The notes below the pieces were generated by a model, which ran no database searches, was not told the DNA's origin, and saw nothing but the letters and a program-made list of their open reading frames with translations. This document shows positions 24,519 to 36,552 of a stretch of 64,000 bases of DNA, piece by piece. The stretch is from Ophelia neglecta (Eukaryota). Within the stretch, counting starts at the first letter, position 1. Each line of letters opens with the position of its first letter. The translations under genes were made by a program, and so were the position numbers. The stretch is taken from the NCBI GenBank assembly GCA_965285935.1, contig OZ260663.1, positions 86,180,001-86,244,000 of the forward strand, in the 5' to 3' direction.

Positions 24519-26731
24519 TATATCGAATGTGCAGAACCGGCTTCTCATATATCTGCGGGCCTCGGTATCGTAGGGGGCACTCCGAATAATTTTTTTAGTG
24601 ATTAATCACAATAAGCGGCTGAACATACTTCATTAAATCGATAGATGGCATCAACTTAGATCCAAATGTAAAATGCTTGACGAGGAAAGGCAATTATTTT
24701 CTCCACCATCTGGACAAAGAAGAATTTAAACGAAAAGGATAGCAGCATCGTATCTGTTCCAAAATTGCCCACATTCGGATTGCTCGGAGAAACCCGAGTT
24801 GTTAGCGATTTTTGTCAATTATTGGGCTCATTTTACTTGGAATGCCAGGGCAAATGGCAAAGAATAGCGAGGTACAACATCCTATAATAGGGTTTTGGTG
24901 CAAAATAGTCTTTTTTTCCAAAATCACCGACCGAAACGTTAGTTAGTTTCATGCAGACTATGACAAAAAGTCCGATTTGTTGACGATATTTTTATTATTC
25001 TTTAACATGTTAACGAGTTAATATTTAGGTAATATGGGAGAGAGATACAAAGAAATAGCGTGTATTAAGATAGGAAAAGTGCTCAATAGACTCATTCGCC
25101 GAAAAAAAAAACTTTTCAATGGACTAGACAGCTACTTGCATGCTGACTTTTGTGACAGCACCCATTTTATCATTACAAGTCTAGCTGTGTACATAGGTAA
25201 CGTTAGGATTCAGAAATGAAAACATAAAAGGCGCGTAAATGAATTCAAAATATAGGTAATTAAAAACGAGTTTCTGTGGTAATGAGTGTTTACAGAGCGT
25301 TTGCTTTAGGAGGCAAGTCAAGGAAGCTTATAACTCTTAACGTTTAATAATAACGTATTTTAAGCGAGTTAATTTTCGTTATTTTACGCTATGTCGCTCG
25401 AGGATACTACGTAAAGACTATGTAGGTGCAGCTACATAGCTAAATACAATTTATTGCAGCAATAAATTACTTTCTAATTTTTGGGACAACTGTTTTGTAT
25501 ATAATAATAATTTAGAATACTTAATGCAGGAATGGGTACAAATGTTTGCCACTTTTTCTGGTACAGGCCGTAACAATGTGGAATAGGTTATAATTGTAAA
25601 AGGGCATGTGAACATGTGACCAAGTGTGCGGTCAGCCGTGGATGAAGCTGTATTGGCTAGGTCCTTTCCACACTGACCCTCTGCCAGACAGATACTGTTT
25701 GAACCCTCCTCCAGCCCAATCACCGACCAACTAAGACTAATTATTATTGAGGAAATTATATATACTTCGGCTTCTCGAGTAGGTGGGTGGATGATTTGCA
25801 CACTGAATAATACTATCGGCAAACTTATAGGTTATAATATTTCCTGTGTAAACCAACTAATTTCTGCATAATATTCGATGAGCAGTTCATTTGTATGTTC
25901 AATTATGTAGTGGGTTACTTGCCTCCACCTTTGTGAATTTGTTATATTAAATGATATAACCATATCCGACACTATCAATTGCTTGTTTTTGTTAATTCAC
26001 AAATAGAACTGCATCTTTCGTTGACACATAAAATTAGAAAACGGTTAGTGAAAATAAAGGTGAGTGTGTGTGTGGGGGGGGCGGGGGGGGGGGGGGATAG
26101 ACGGAATTGGAGGTCATGGACATTTCTAGAGGCAATGAAGCATGATATACTTACTGAACGGTTAACGCTCAGGTTGAAGTTCATTTTAGGGTTAGAGTTA
26201 GGGTTATTAAAGTCTTGTGTTGTTTTATAATCTGAGGACTTCCTTTGGTTTTTTATTTAAAAACCAGGGGAAGTCCTCAGATTATAACATTATATTATTA
26301 AACAATGCGGCGCCAAAGTGCTGAACTTCAGCCGAAACATTGGAACAAGAAGGCATCTCCAAATTAGTGTCAGCTGGATGGTATCCATCACTTATGCCCG
26401 GATGTACGTGGATATGCGTTTGTCAGATTCATAGACCTGCACATCCATTCAGTACTATACATAACGAAGTATAATAGCTTAAAATGTCACGCGACTTACT
26501 CGATTTGTCGAGGTCGTATTTAGTGATATATTCGAGATGAAATTCGCATGGGCGATAATGAGAGAAAGAACTCATAACTTCATCTCTGGTTCCAGGTTTA
26601 TTCTGTTTTCATCCATCAATGCTTATGGAAGGGAAAGTGTAAAGTTTATGAACGTGCCCATAGAAACTTTTTAATTTGATTTCTATTGTTTAAAGTACCT
26701 TCTGATAAGTGTAAATGAAAAAGTGCATGTA

Positions 26732-26906
26732 GAGTGAAACCGTTGAATTAAGACCATCCCGGGGACTGACAAATACTGGTCTGGTTATAGAAGTAGTCTG
26801 TTTATACAAGCTATTTTCATTGAAAGTGAAAACTGTTATTTTTATTAGTGGTCTGAATTGCCAGGTGGTCTTAATATAAAGGTGGTCTATAAGGCAGGTT
26901 TCTCTC
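26732..26906. mobile_element. MITE duplicate
   Basis: Same as 11956-12130. Confidence 0.75.
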
Positions 26907-28595
26907 TAACCATTAACATACATTCGCTCATTGCTCTTTCATGCATGGCCTACCTTTATCAAATTCCTCTAATAGCACCTATTATAACAGGTAAATGATA
27001 GATTGTGTTCGGCCAGTGGAAATGGTCGGCGCTGGTACAAAATGGTAGCCTGGGGTAATAATGATAGGCGGTTGTAGATCATGGTGAAAAATGCTAGAAT
27101 GAGGTAAAAAATGACGATGGTGAAACACGGTAATAATTATTGAAATGGTCTGACGGTCATTTGTCTACCTGTATTAACTCTTAATTTGAGCTTTCCGTGG
27201 TGATCTGTTTAACCATCAGGGGACAGACTTTCAGACATGGATTTTGATTTTACTCCCCCGAAGTGGTACACGTGTTGTTCAGGCGTAGTGATACCTTACT
27301 TAGGCGTGGTGATTTGACATCCAAAGCGGTTTATATTTTTTACCCGTTCTTTGTAATATCATATCATTTTTAATTATATAACATTTTGAAATGGAGAGAG
27401 GTACATTTCCTTACGCCACAGTGATAAGTGGCATATTCATAATAATTTTCCCCCGATCATATCAAAAGATGCGGCTTATTTGGACTGAGTGGCACAATGA
27501 AGTGAGTGAACCTTGTCGGAATGCCATACTACTCTACTCACTTCTATAATTATCGTTATAATTTGTTAAACTATCCGTGGAATTAGAATAATCAAGTCTA
27601 TTACAGTAATATGACGCAAGTATCCAAATAATACAAGCCCATTAACTCCCCGAGCTAGCTCTCAAGCTAATTTTGTATAGACAACAAACTGTGGATGTTG
27701 AAATTGACACTTGTACGGGCATTAGAAATAAACTGATTAGTCGATACAACATTAACTCGATCCTACCGGGAGTATTCATATGACTTTTAGTGTCTTTGAT
27801 CATCATTCTCCCTGTTTAAATCACCTTATTTCACCCACTCTACACCCTCATGAACCAGCGGCAGGGGGGGATCCAGGGGGGCCTGCCCCCCCCCCCATAC
27901 TAATTTTTTTACTCTGAAAAGCCTATCCATGCATGTACCTTTCTTAGGCCACCCCCCCCCCCCCACACACACACACACATGGAGTGCCCCACCCCCTGGA
28001 AATTCCTGGATCCGTCCCTGATCGGTTACCAAAAACTTTTACAAACGCTAAAACTGCTCAACAAAAATATTATCTTTCGACCGTAAGCCTCGGTCTAATG
28101 GTGATGCTAGTGAGGCCGAACATATTTGGCAGCGTAAAGCACTCCTTCAAGTATTTTTCATTTTTCTGGGTCAGACATTCTGAAACTGCAAGACAGAGGG
28201 ATCACATCTATCTTGTTATCGAGTCCTTGACCTTCAGGAATGAAAGTACTAACCACATATCTGATATTGGAGAAAATCTTCTGGGGCCCACTTCAAGAAA
28301 AAACAACCTGGTGTGACGTGTTAAAATATACTCGATCGTGATAGGACGCATTTGAATATAATGACGACCAATCAACGAACGAAACCGCTCGTCTCTTTGT
28401 CTTATAATGAGCATTTGCCAGGTTGAGGCCAGATTTATTTGTTGAAAAGCAGGTGTAGCAGGCATCTGTTAATATATGATCCAGAGTGTGAATTGCACAT
28501 TTATACTCGGCTATTTATAAGGAGGCAGAAGAAAAACAAAAACAAGACAAGATTTCAGGAAAGATTGTCTCATTCCGTAACTGATACTCCGTTTG

Positions 28596-29663
28596 ATGGT
28601 CGGAACTTTCTGGACTCTACAAGCTATAAATTTCCATTCTGAAAATAAAGACTGTAAGAAGATGGAACCTACCGAGAGTTCACTTCTCGAGGTTAACACA
28701 TGGACTTGGTATGTAACGGAAAGTGTAAAAGACTTCACTTCGAGCTCATTGTTAACCATATGTAGAATGAGTCTCGTAGCTTTCGGCGTGATAATCGTTA
28801 TTTTCAACTCGTTCACACTTTTCAGCATGTTCAAATATGGCTTCGTTCAAAAGAGAAATAACATTTTTTTGGTAATAGTGTGTTTTGCCGATTTGCTTGC
28901 TGGGGCTTTCGGAATATACAACCCAGCATTAAACGAGTTTTATGGGCAGGACTTAAGCTATTCAAGTTGTGTGACTTCTGTCGGAGCCTCTATATATATA
29001 TCTGGATTATCCATGTACAGCATGACTTTTGCCACATTGGAGACTTACATAAGAATTGCCCACCCTTTCATTCACAATCTTTACGAACATTCCTGGCATT
29101 ACTTTGCGGTTGCTGGTTTGATGATGACTTGGCTTCTTATCGTATCTGTTGTGGCTCTTACGCAAAACAAATGGCATCCACAAACAATTTGTATTTTTCA
29201 AGAGGTGATCGCTGGGGCACAGGGTATTTTTGTGATATTCACGGCAACGATAATTCAACTAGTTATCATAGCGATTTTGTTTGTGAAGATTCTGCAGGTG
29301 GCAAATCGACAACGGATGGCCATAGCTGCTATACAGGTTGACCACAATGAATCTGATGAAGAACGGGCAAAGAAAAAGAAAAATGGCCAAAGAATTAAAC
29401 TTATCAAATCGTTGGTGATTCTCATGTATATTTTGGCGATTCCATTCGTCACGCGAGGAGTTATTTATGCCTTATTGGGTGAAAATTACCCTATGTCATC
29501 ATTATCGATACTTGGTCGCACCGTGGTATATTTCACTGTGCTTTTAAACAATTTTGCTAATCCCTTTCTTTTCCAAAGATTCTCACCTGATGTCAGGAAA
29601 GCACATGCAGCTATATACGAACGTGTTTGTTGCGTCAAAAAGAGCGAAAGCGCAATCCCATGA
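28596..29663 (+). CDS. Intronless orphan class A GPCR, copy B'
   Basis: Protein identical to B; one synonymous GTT/GTG difference seen (14520 vs 29300). Alternative start at 28662. Confidence 0.92.
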   Translation: MVGTFWTLQAINFHSENKDCKKMEPTESSLLEVNTWTWYVTESVKDFTSSSLLTICRMSLVAFGVIIVIFNSFTLFSMFKYGFVQKRNNIFLVIVCFADLLAGAFGIYNPALNEFYGQDLSYSSCVTSVGASIYISGLSMYSMTFATLETYIRIAHPFIHNLYEHSWHYFAVAGLMMTWLLIVSVVALTQNKWHPQTICIFQEVIAGAQGIFVIFTATIIQLVIIAILFVKILQVANRQRMAIAAIQVDHNESDEERAKKKKNGQRIKLIKSLVILMYILAIPFVTRGVIYALLGENYPMSSLSILGRTVVYFTVLLNNFANPFLFQRFSPDVRKAHAAIYERVCCVKKSESAIP

Positions 29664-32600
29664 AAATAGAAATGTTTGGAATCGGATTAGGTATCGGATA
29701 TTAAGAATTAAAGATAGAACATGTAGTTTACAATTAAATTGTTACCTGAACAAATTTAAGCATGAAAGTTAATACAAATCTCAAATATATATCATTCAAT
29801 TGCGTTTGATGTAAATCCATTATAGCAAGTTATTATAATAATAAGACATGCGAAGCAGGAGGGCCAAAGGGCTAGGAAATGTAATGAAAAATGTTGGACA
29901 GACGCTCAATGGGGCATGCGCCTCTCATTACGTAAAGAAGACAGTGAAGAGAATAATTGATCAGGAGATATTAAGTCTCAATTCAAGTCCTTTTTTGCAG
30001 TTTACAAATTTTGTATACGCCATGTACTAAACATCACATGTTTATTATATATTTTCCAAAAGAGATGATTCCCTAGAAAGATTATGCTTCAGATTAGGGT
30101 TTAACCCTGGGACTCCGAACTGTCTGGTGCGGCAGGTGTGTTTTTTTAATTATTAAAATAGAATGCAAAATGGTAGGATAAAATTAAAACATGAATGTTT
30201 TCATTTTATGGATATTAATTCCATGAACATTCAACATGTTTAGCTGACCAGTTGTAGGAGCTGTGTGTTCCCCACATGGAGATAACACAATTAACCTAAC
30301 TTCCGAGACAGACACTGGCTGTTATGGCGTTATGCGTTAGATTTCCAGCCCTTAAAATCATATTTGTCATATTTATGACTCATTCGTTCAGTCTATAAGG
30401 GTTAACTTCCTAAATAGCCACACTTTCTTTGTTGTTTGCATTTCTTCTTATCGAGTTAATGAGTATTACAACATTTGGTTAAATCACTCCGGTTTAATCA
30501 TTTTTTATTAAGTTGGTGAAGTCATTGACGGAGTGTTTATATGCCCTGGTAAATATAACCTAAATCATGTCTCTTGTCAAGAGTCACCTTAAGTTGCATT
30601 CAAATTTCCAATTTTATTTGATTATGATTTAATGTGGTAGAAATTTGCTGTAGAAACTGCCAGAATTGGTAAAGTTGTCTGATTCTAAAATTTATAGTTA
30701 TTCGTGGTTAAACTATTTTATTATTTCATAAGAATCCGTACTTTTCAACGGCTAATTGCATATCGTGTATGATTGTATGATAGTACGCGTTCAACATTGT
30801 TATTCCAATTTTAAAAATATTGTTTAGATTACAGTTGTAAACACAGTACGGTCGCTGCAAGATTACGCAGGCATCTGATGTAGCTTTCATGTAGAGTTAT
30901 TTGTTGTATAGTTATGGTTTTTCTTCAATAAATTCGAGTTGTAATTATTGGAGCAGTTATTGAGTTTATACTATCTGTTGGTGAGTAAAGCAAATCAACC
31001 TAATATCAATAAGTTCTCCTGAATCAATATCGAATTTTCTTAGTATATGCGGTTAATTTATATTTAAACACCAGCTCTATGCACAATGATAATAACAATG
31101 AGCCTGACAATAATAATTTATTTCTAATTTTCCTTAAAAAGCAGTAGAAAATTTTGACCACAGTAAAACACGCGGTTTACGAGAAAATAACTATGAACAA
31201 GAGACTCAGGACCAACAAGAAAACAATTAATAATTGATATATTTATTCCTTAAGTACTTAGAAAGCAGTGATAATTACCAACAATCTAAAGATCTCCTAT
31301 TGAAGCAAGCCCGATTCAGGGAATAACAGAAGGTGCATCAAATCGGTAACGTTGACCTTCGCCCGAAGTAGCGCTTATAACGTTTTTTCAAGTTGATATA
31401 GGAGCCTTTGAGGTTTTCAAGGGGACACCGTGATATATATAATTGAGCAGGTCAACCGTTACTTCGTAGATCAAAAGTACATTTAAACAAAGCTGCTATA
31501 GTTTCGTTTCTATCGTTTTGAAACCAACCCATAAATCTCTGGGACAAACAATGGTACTGTCACCATGTTGAAAGTAGGTCACGCCTTATTTTTTTCGATC
31601 AAAAGTACGCACGATGGTGTTGAAACTTTCTCTCCGAAAGCGGCGATGGCCCGTGGATACATGAACATTTGATTTCGAAATGGATTTGTTATTTACAAAT
31701 TGGGAGTAGGCCAAAGCTTATTTTTGTTTTCAAAGTGTGTTCTTGATTAGCTTCAGGGTTCGCGGTATGCACTGATGTATTAAGATAGGAAAAGTGCTCA
31801 AAAGACTCAATAGACTCTATAAGGCAGGTTTCACTCTAACCATTTACATACATTCGCTCATTGCTCTTTCATGCATGTCATACCTTTATCAAATTGCTCT
31901 AATAGCACCTATTTTAACAGGTAAATGATAGATTGTGTTCGGCCATTGGAAAATGGTCGGCGCTGGTACAAAATGGTAGGCTTGGGTAAAAATGGTAGGC
32001 GGTTGTAGATCATGGTATAAAATGGTAGAATGTGGTAAAAAATGATAGGCGATGGTGAAACACGGTAATAATTATTGAGATGGTCTGACGGTCATTTGGC
32101 TACCTGTATTAACTCTTAATTTGAGTTTTCCGTGGTGATCTGTTTAACTATCAGGGGACAGACTTTCAGACATTGGATTGTGATTTTACTCCCCCAGAGT
32201 GGTACACTTATTGTTCAGGCGTAATGATACCTTACTTAGGCGTGGTGATTTGGCACCCAAAGCGTTTATATTTTATACACGTTCGTTGTAGTATCATATT
32301 AATTTTTATTATATAAGCTTTTAAATGGGAGAAAGGTACATTTCCTTACGCCACAGTGATAAGTGGCATATTCATAATAATTTACCCCGATCATATCAAA
32401 AGCTGCGGCTTATTAAGACTGAGTGGCACAATGAAGTGAGTGCACCTTGTCGGAATGACTTACTACTCTACTCACTTCTATAATTATCGTTACTATTTTG
32501 TAATACTATCCGAGGAATTAGAATAATCAAGTCTATTACAGTAATATGATGGAAGTATCCAAATAGCCTAATACAAGTCCATGAACCCCTGAGCTAGCTC

Positions 32601-33395
32601 TCAAGCTAATTGTGTGTAGACAACAAACTGTGGATGTTGAAATTGAAACTTGTACGGACATTAGGAATTGGCTGATTAGTCGATACAACATTAACTCGAT
32701 CCTTCCGGGAGTATTCATATGATCTTTGATCATCGTTCTCCCTGCTTAAATCACCTAATTACACCCACTCTACACCCTCATGAACCCGCGGCAGGGGCGG
32801 ATCCAGGGGGGCCTGCCCCCCCCCCCCCCATACCAATTTTTTTTTACTCTGAAAAGCCCATCTATGCATGTACCTTTCGATCGTAAGCCTCGGACTAATG
32901 GTGATGCTGAGGAGGCCGAACATATTTGGCAGCGTACTGCACTCCTTCAAGTATTTTTCCGGGCCAGACATTCTTAAAGCGCAAGGCGGAGGGATCACAT
33001 CTATCTGGTTATCGAGTCCTTGACCTTCAGGAATGAAAGTACTTACCACATATCAGATATTGGAGATAATCACCTGGGGCCCACTTCAAGAAACAAACAA
33101 CCTGGTGTGACGTGTTAAAATATACTCGATCGTGATAGGACGCATTTGAATATAATGACGACCAATCAACGAACGAAACCGCTCGTCTCCTTGTCTTATA
33201 GGCCTAATGAGCATTTGCCAGTATCAAGCCAGATTTATTTGTTAAAAAGCAGGTGTAGCAGGCATCTGTCAATATATGATCCACAGTGTGAATTGCACAT
33301 TTATACTCGGCTATTTATAAGGAGGCAGAAGAAAAACAAAAACAAGACGAGATTTCAGGGAAGGATGTCTCATTCCGTGACTGATACTCCGATTG

Positions 33396-34463
33396 ATGGT
33401 CGGAACCTTCTGGACTCTACATGCTTTAAATTTCTATTCTAAAAATAAAGACTGTATGAAGATGGAACCTACCGAGAGTTCACTTCTCGAAGTTAACACA
33501 TGGACTTGGTATGTAACGGAAAGTGTAAAAGACTTCACTTCGAGCTCATTGTTAACCATATGTAGAATGAGTCTCGTATCTTTCGGCGTGATAATCGTTC
33601 TTTTCAACTCGTTCACACTTTTTAGCATGTTCAAATATGGCTTCGTTCAAAAGAGAAATAACATTTTTTTGGTATTAGTGTGCTTTGCCGATTTGCTTGC
33701 TGGGGCTTTCGGAATATACAACCCTGCATCAAACGAGTTTTATGGGCAGGACTTAAGCTATTCAAGTTGTGTGACTTCTGTCGGAGCCACTTTATATATA
33801 ACTGGATTATCCGCATACAGCATGATGTTTGCCACTTTGGAGACTTACATAAGAATTGCCCACCCTTTTATTCACAATCGTTACGAACATTCCTGTCATT
33901 ACTTTGCGGTTGCTGGTTTGATGGTGACTTGGCTTCTTATCGTATCTGTTGTGGCTCTTACGCAAAACAAATGGCACCCACAAATACATTGTGCTTTCCA
34001 AGATATGGCCGCTGGGGCACAGGGTGCTTTTGTTATATTCACGGAAATGATAATTCCACTAGTTATCATAGCGATTTTGTTTGTGAAGATTCTGCAGGTG
34101 GCAAAACGACAACGGATGGCCATAGCTGCTATACATGTTGACCACAATGAATCTGATGAAGAACGGGCAAAGAAAAAGAAAATTGGCCAGAGAATTAAAC
34201 TTATCAAATGGATGGTGATTCTCCTGTATATTTTAGCGATCCCATTCGTCTCGCGAGGAGTTATCTATGCCTTATTAGGTGAAAATAACCCTATGTCATC
34301 ATTATCGATACTTGTTCGCTCCTTTGTTTATTTAAGTGTGCTTTTAAACAGTTTTATTAATCCCCTTCTGTTCCAAAGATTCTCTCCTGATGTCAGGAAA
34401 GCACATGCAGCTATATACGAACGTTTTTGTTGCGCCAAAAAGAGCGAAAGCGCAATCCCATGA
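33396..34463 (+). CDS. Intronless orphan class A GPCR, copy C'
   Basis: Differs from C in ECL2 (W vs C), TM6 (I vs M) and one codon of the optional N-terminal extension. Alternative start at 33462. Confidence 0.92.
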   Translation: MVGTFWTLHALNFYSKNKDCMKMEPTESSLLEVNTWTWYVTESVKDFTSSSLLTICRMSLVSFGVIIVLFNSFTLFSMFKYGFVQKRNNIFLVLVCFADLLAGAFGIYNPASNEFYGQDLSYSSCVTSVGATLYITGLSAYSMMFATLETYIRIAHPFIHNRYEHSCHYFAVAGLMVTWLLIVSVVALTQNKWHPQIHCAFQDMAAGAQGAFVIFTEMIIPLVIIAILFVKILQVAKRQRMAIAAIHVDHNESDEERAKKKKIGQRIKLIKWMVILLYILAIPFVSRGVIYALLGENNPMSSLSILVRSFVYLSVLLNSFINPLLFQRFSPDVRKAHAAIYERFCCAKKSESAIP

Positions 34464-35813
34464 AAATAGAAATGTTTGGAATCGAATTAGGTATAGGATA
34501 TTAAGAATTAAAGATAGATCATGTAGTTTACATTTAAATCGTTACCTGAACAAATTTAAGCATGAAAGTTAATACAAATCCCAAATATATATTATTCAAT
34601 TGCGTTTGATGTAAATCCATTACAACAAGTTATACTAATAAGACATGCGAAGCAGGAGGGACAAAGGGCTAGGAAATGTAATGAAAAATAGTAGACAGAC
34701 GCTCAATGGGGCATGCGCCTCTCATTATACGTAAACACAGAGAATCAGTCATAAACAGTTAGATACAGTGGAGAGAATAATTGGTCAGGAGATATTAAGT
34801 CTCAATTCAAGTCCTTTTTTGCAGTTTACAAATTTTGTATACGCAATGTACTAAACATCACATGTCTATTATATATTTTCCAAAGAGATGATTCCCTAGA
34901 AAGATTATGCTTCAGATTGGGCTTTAACCCTGGGACTCCGAACTGTCTGGTGCGGCAGGTGTGATTTCTTAAATATTTAAATAGAATGCAAAATGGTAGG
35001 ATAAAATTTAAACATGCATGTTTTCATTTTATGGATATTAATTCCATGAACATTCGGCATGTTTAGCTGACCAGTTGTAGGAGCTGCGTGTTCCCCACAT
35101 GGAGATAACATAACTAACCTTACTGCCGAGACAGACACTGGCTGTTATGGCGTTATGCGTTAGATCTCCAGTCCTTAAAATCATATCAAACATATTAATG
35201 ACTCAATCGTTCAGTCTATAAGGGTTAACTTCCTAAGTCACACTTTCTTGGTTGTATGCATTTCTTCTTATCGAGTTAATGAGTATCACAACATTTGGTT
35301 AAATCACTCCGGTTTAATCATTTTTTATTAAGTTGGTGAAGTCATTGACGGAGTGTTTATATACCCTGGTAAATATAACCTAAATCATGTCTCTTGTCAA
35401 GAGTCACGTCAAGATGCATTCAAAGTTCTCATTATATTTGATTATGATTTAATGTGGTATTAATTTGTGCTAGAAACTGACAGAATTGGTAAAATTCGTA
35501 GTTATTAATGGTTAAACTATTTCATTGTGTCACAAGAATCCGTTATGTTCAAACGGCTAATTGCATATCGTGAATGATTGTATGATAGTACGCGTTCAAC
35601 ATTGTTATTCCAACTTTTTGAATATTGTTAAGATTACAGTTGTAAACACAGCACGGTCGCTGAAAGATTACGCAGGCATCTGATGTAGACTGCATGTAGA
35701 GTTATTTGTTGTATAGTTCTGGTTTATCTTCAATAAATTCGAGTTGTTATTATAGGAGCAGTTATTGCGTATATACTATCTGTTGGTGGGTAAAGCAAAT
35801 CAACCTAAAATTA

Positions 35814-36552
35814 CAGTGAAACTTGCCCATCAGACCACTTGTCTAAGCAGACCACTTGCCTATGTAGACCACCAAATTTCGGTCCCTTCAAAATTAACAC
35901 TGAAGTGCATGGGGCAATATGTTGTGTATTCAGACCACTTGTCTAATGTGTATTAAGACCACTAAATTTGGTCCCAAAGACCACCTAGAACTTGTCTAAT
36001 CAGACCAAGCCTAACATATTCAACCTTATGCCCAGTTTAATTGTTGGCGACATCATTCGATACTTGGCCATCCTAACTTCAAAGAGATTTAAAATCCAAT
36101 TTATTAGTTAATTCCACTCTGAAGGTGTGTAGAGATGTGATTGGTGTTGTTGTTTTCACACCACTTCTTGTATATTTATCCGAATTTCAACCATGCCCCT
36201 GGTAAACAACATGTGTTTAAAAGCTCGAGTCAACTTAGTTCATGTACATGTAATTGAAAATGTGAGGCCCCACATTCATAAAATAAATAACTTTATTGAG
36301 GTATAGTAATGCATTAACTTATTAAAGGCACATGTAATTGAAAATATGAGGCTTCACAATTATGAAATAAGTACCTTTATTGCGGTATGTTATTGAATTA
36401 ACATTCACTGAAAGCATGTAATTTGAAGTATTGGAAGTATTTCTTACTTAAAAATGGTTCGTCACATGTCTATATTGTCTAAACAGACCACTTGTCTATG
36501 TAGACCACTTTTGGTCAGTCCCTTGAGTGGTCTGATTACACAAGTTTCACTG
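35814..36552. mobile_element. Longer (739 bp) TA-flanked MITE with CAGTGAAACTTG TIRs
   Basis: TA|CAGTGAAACTTG...CAAGTTTCACTG|TA with many AGACCACTTGTCTA repeats. Absent from the homologous flanks of A, B, C and B'. Confidence 0.9.

Larger units (their letters stand above)
20860..34740 (+). repeat. Near-identical tandem segmental duplication, copy 2 (contains GPCR B' and C')
   Basis: Matches 6076-19960. Confidence 0.95.
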
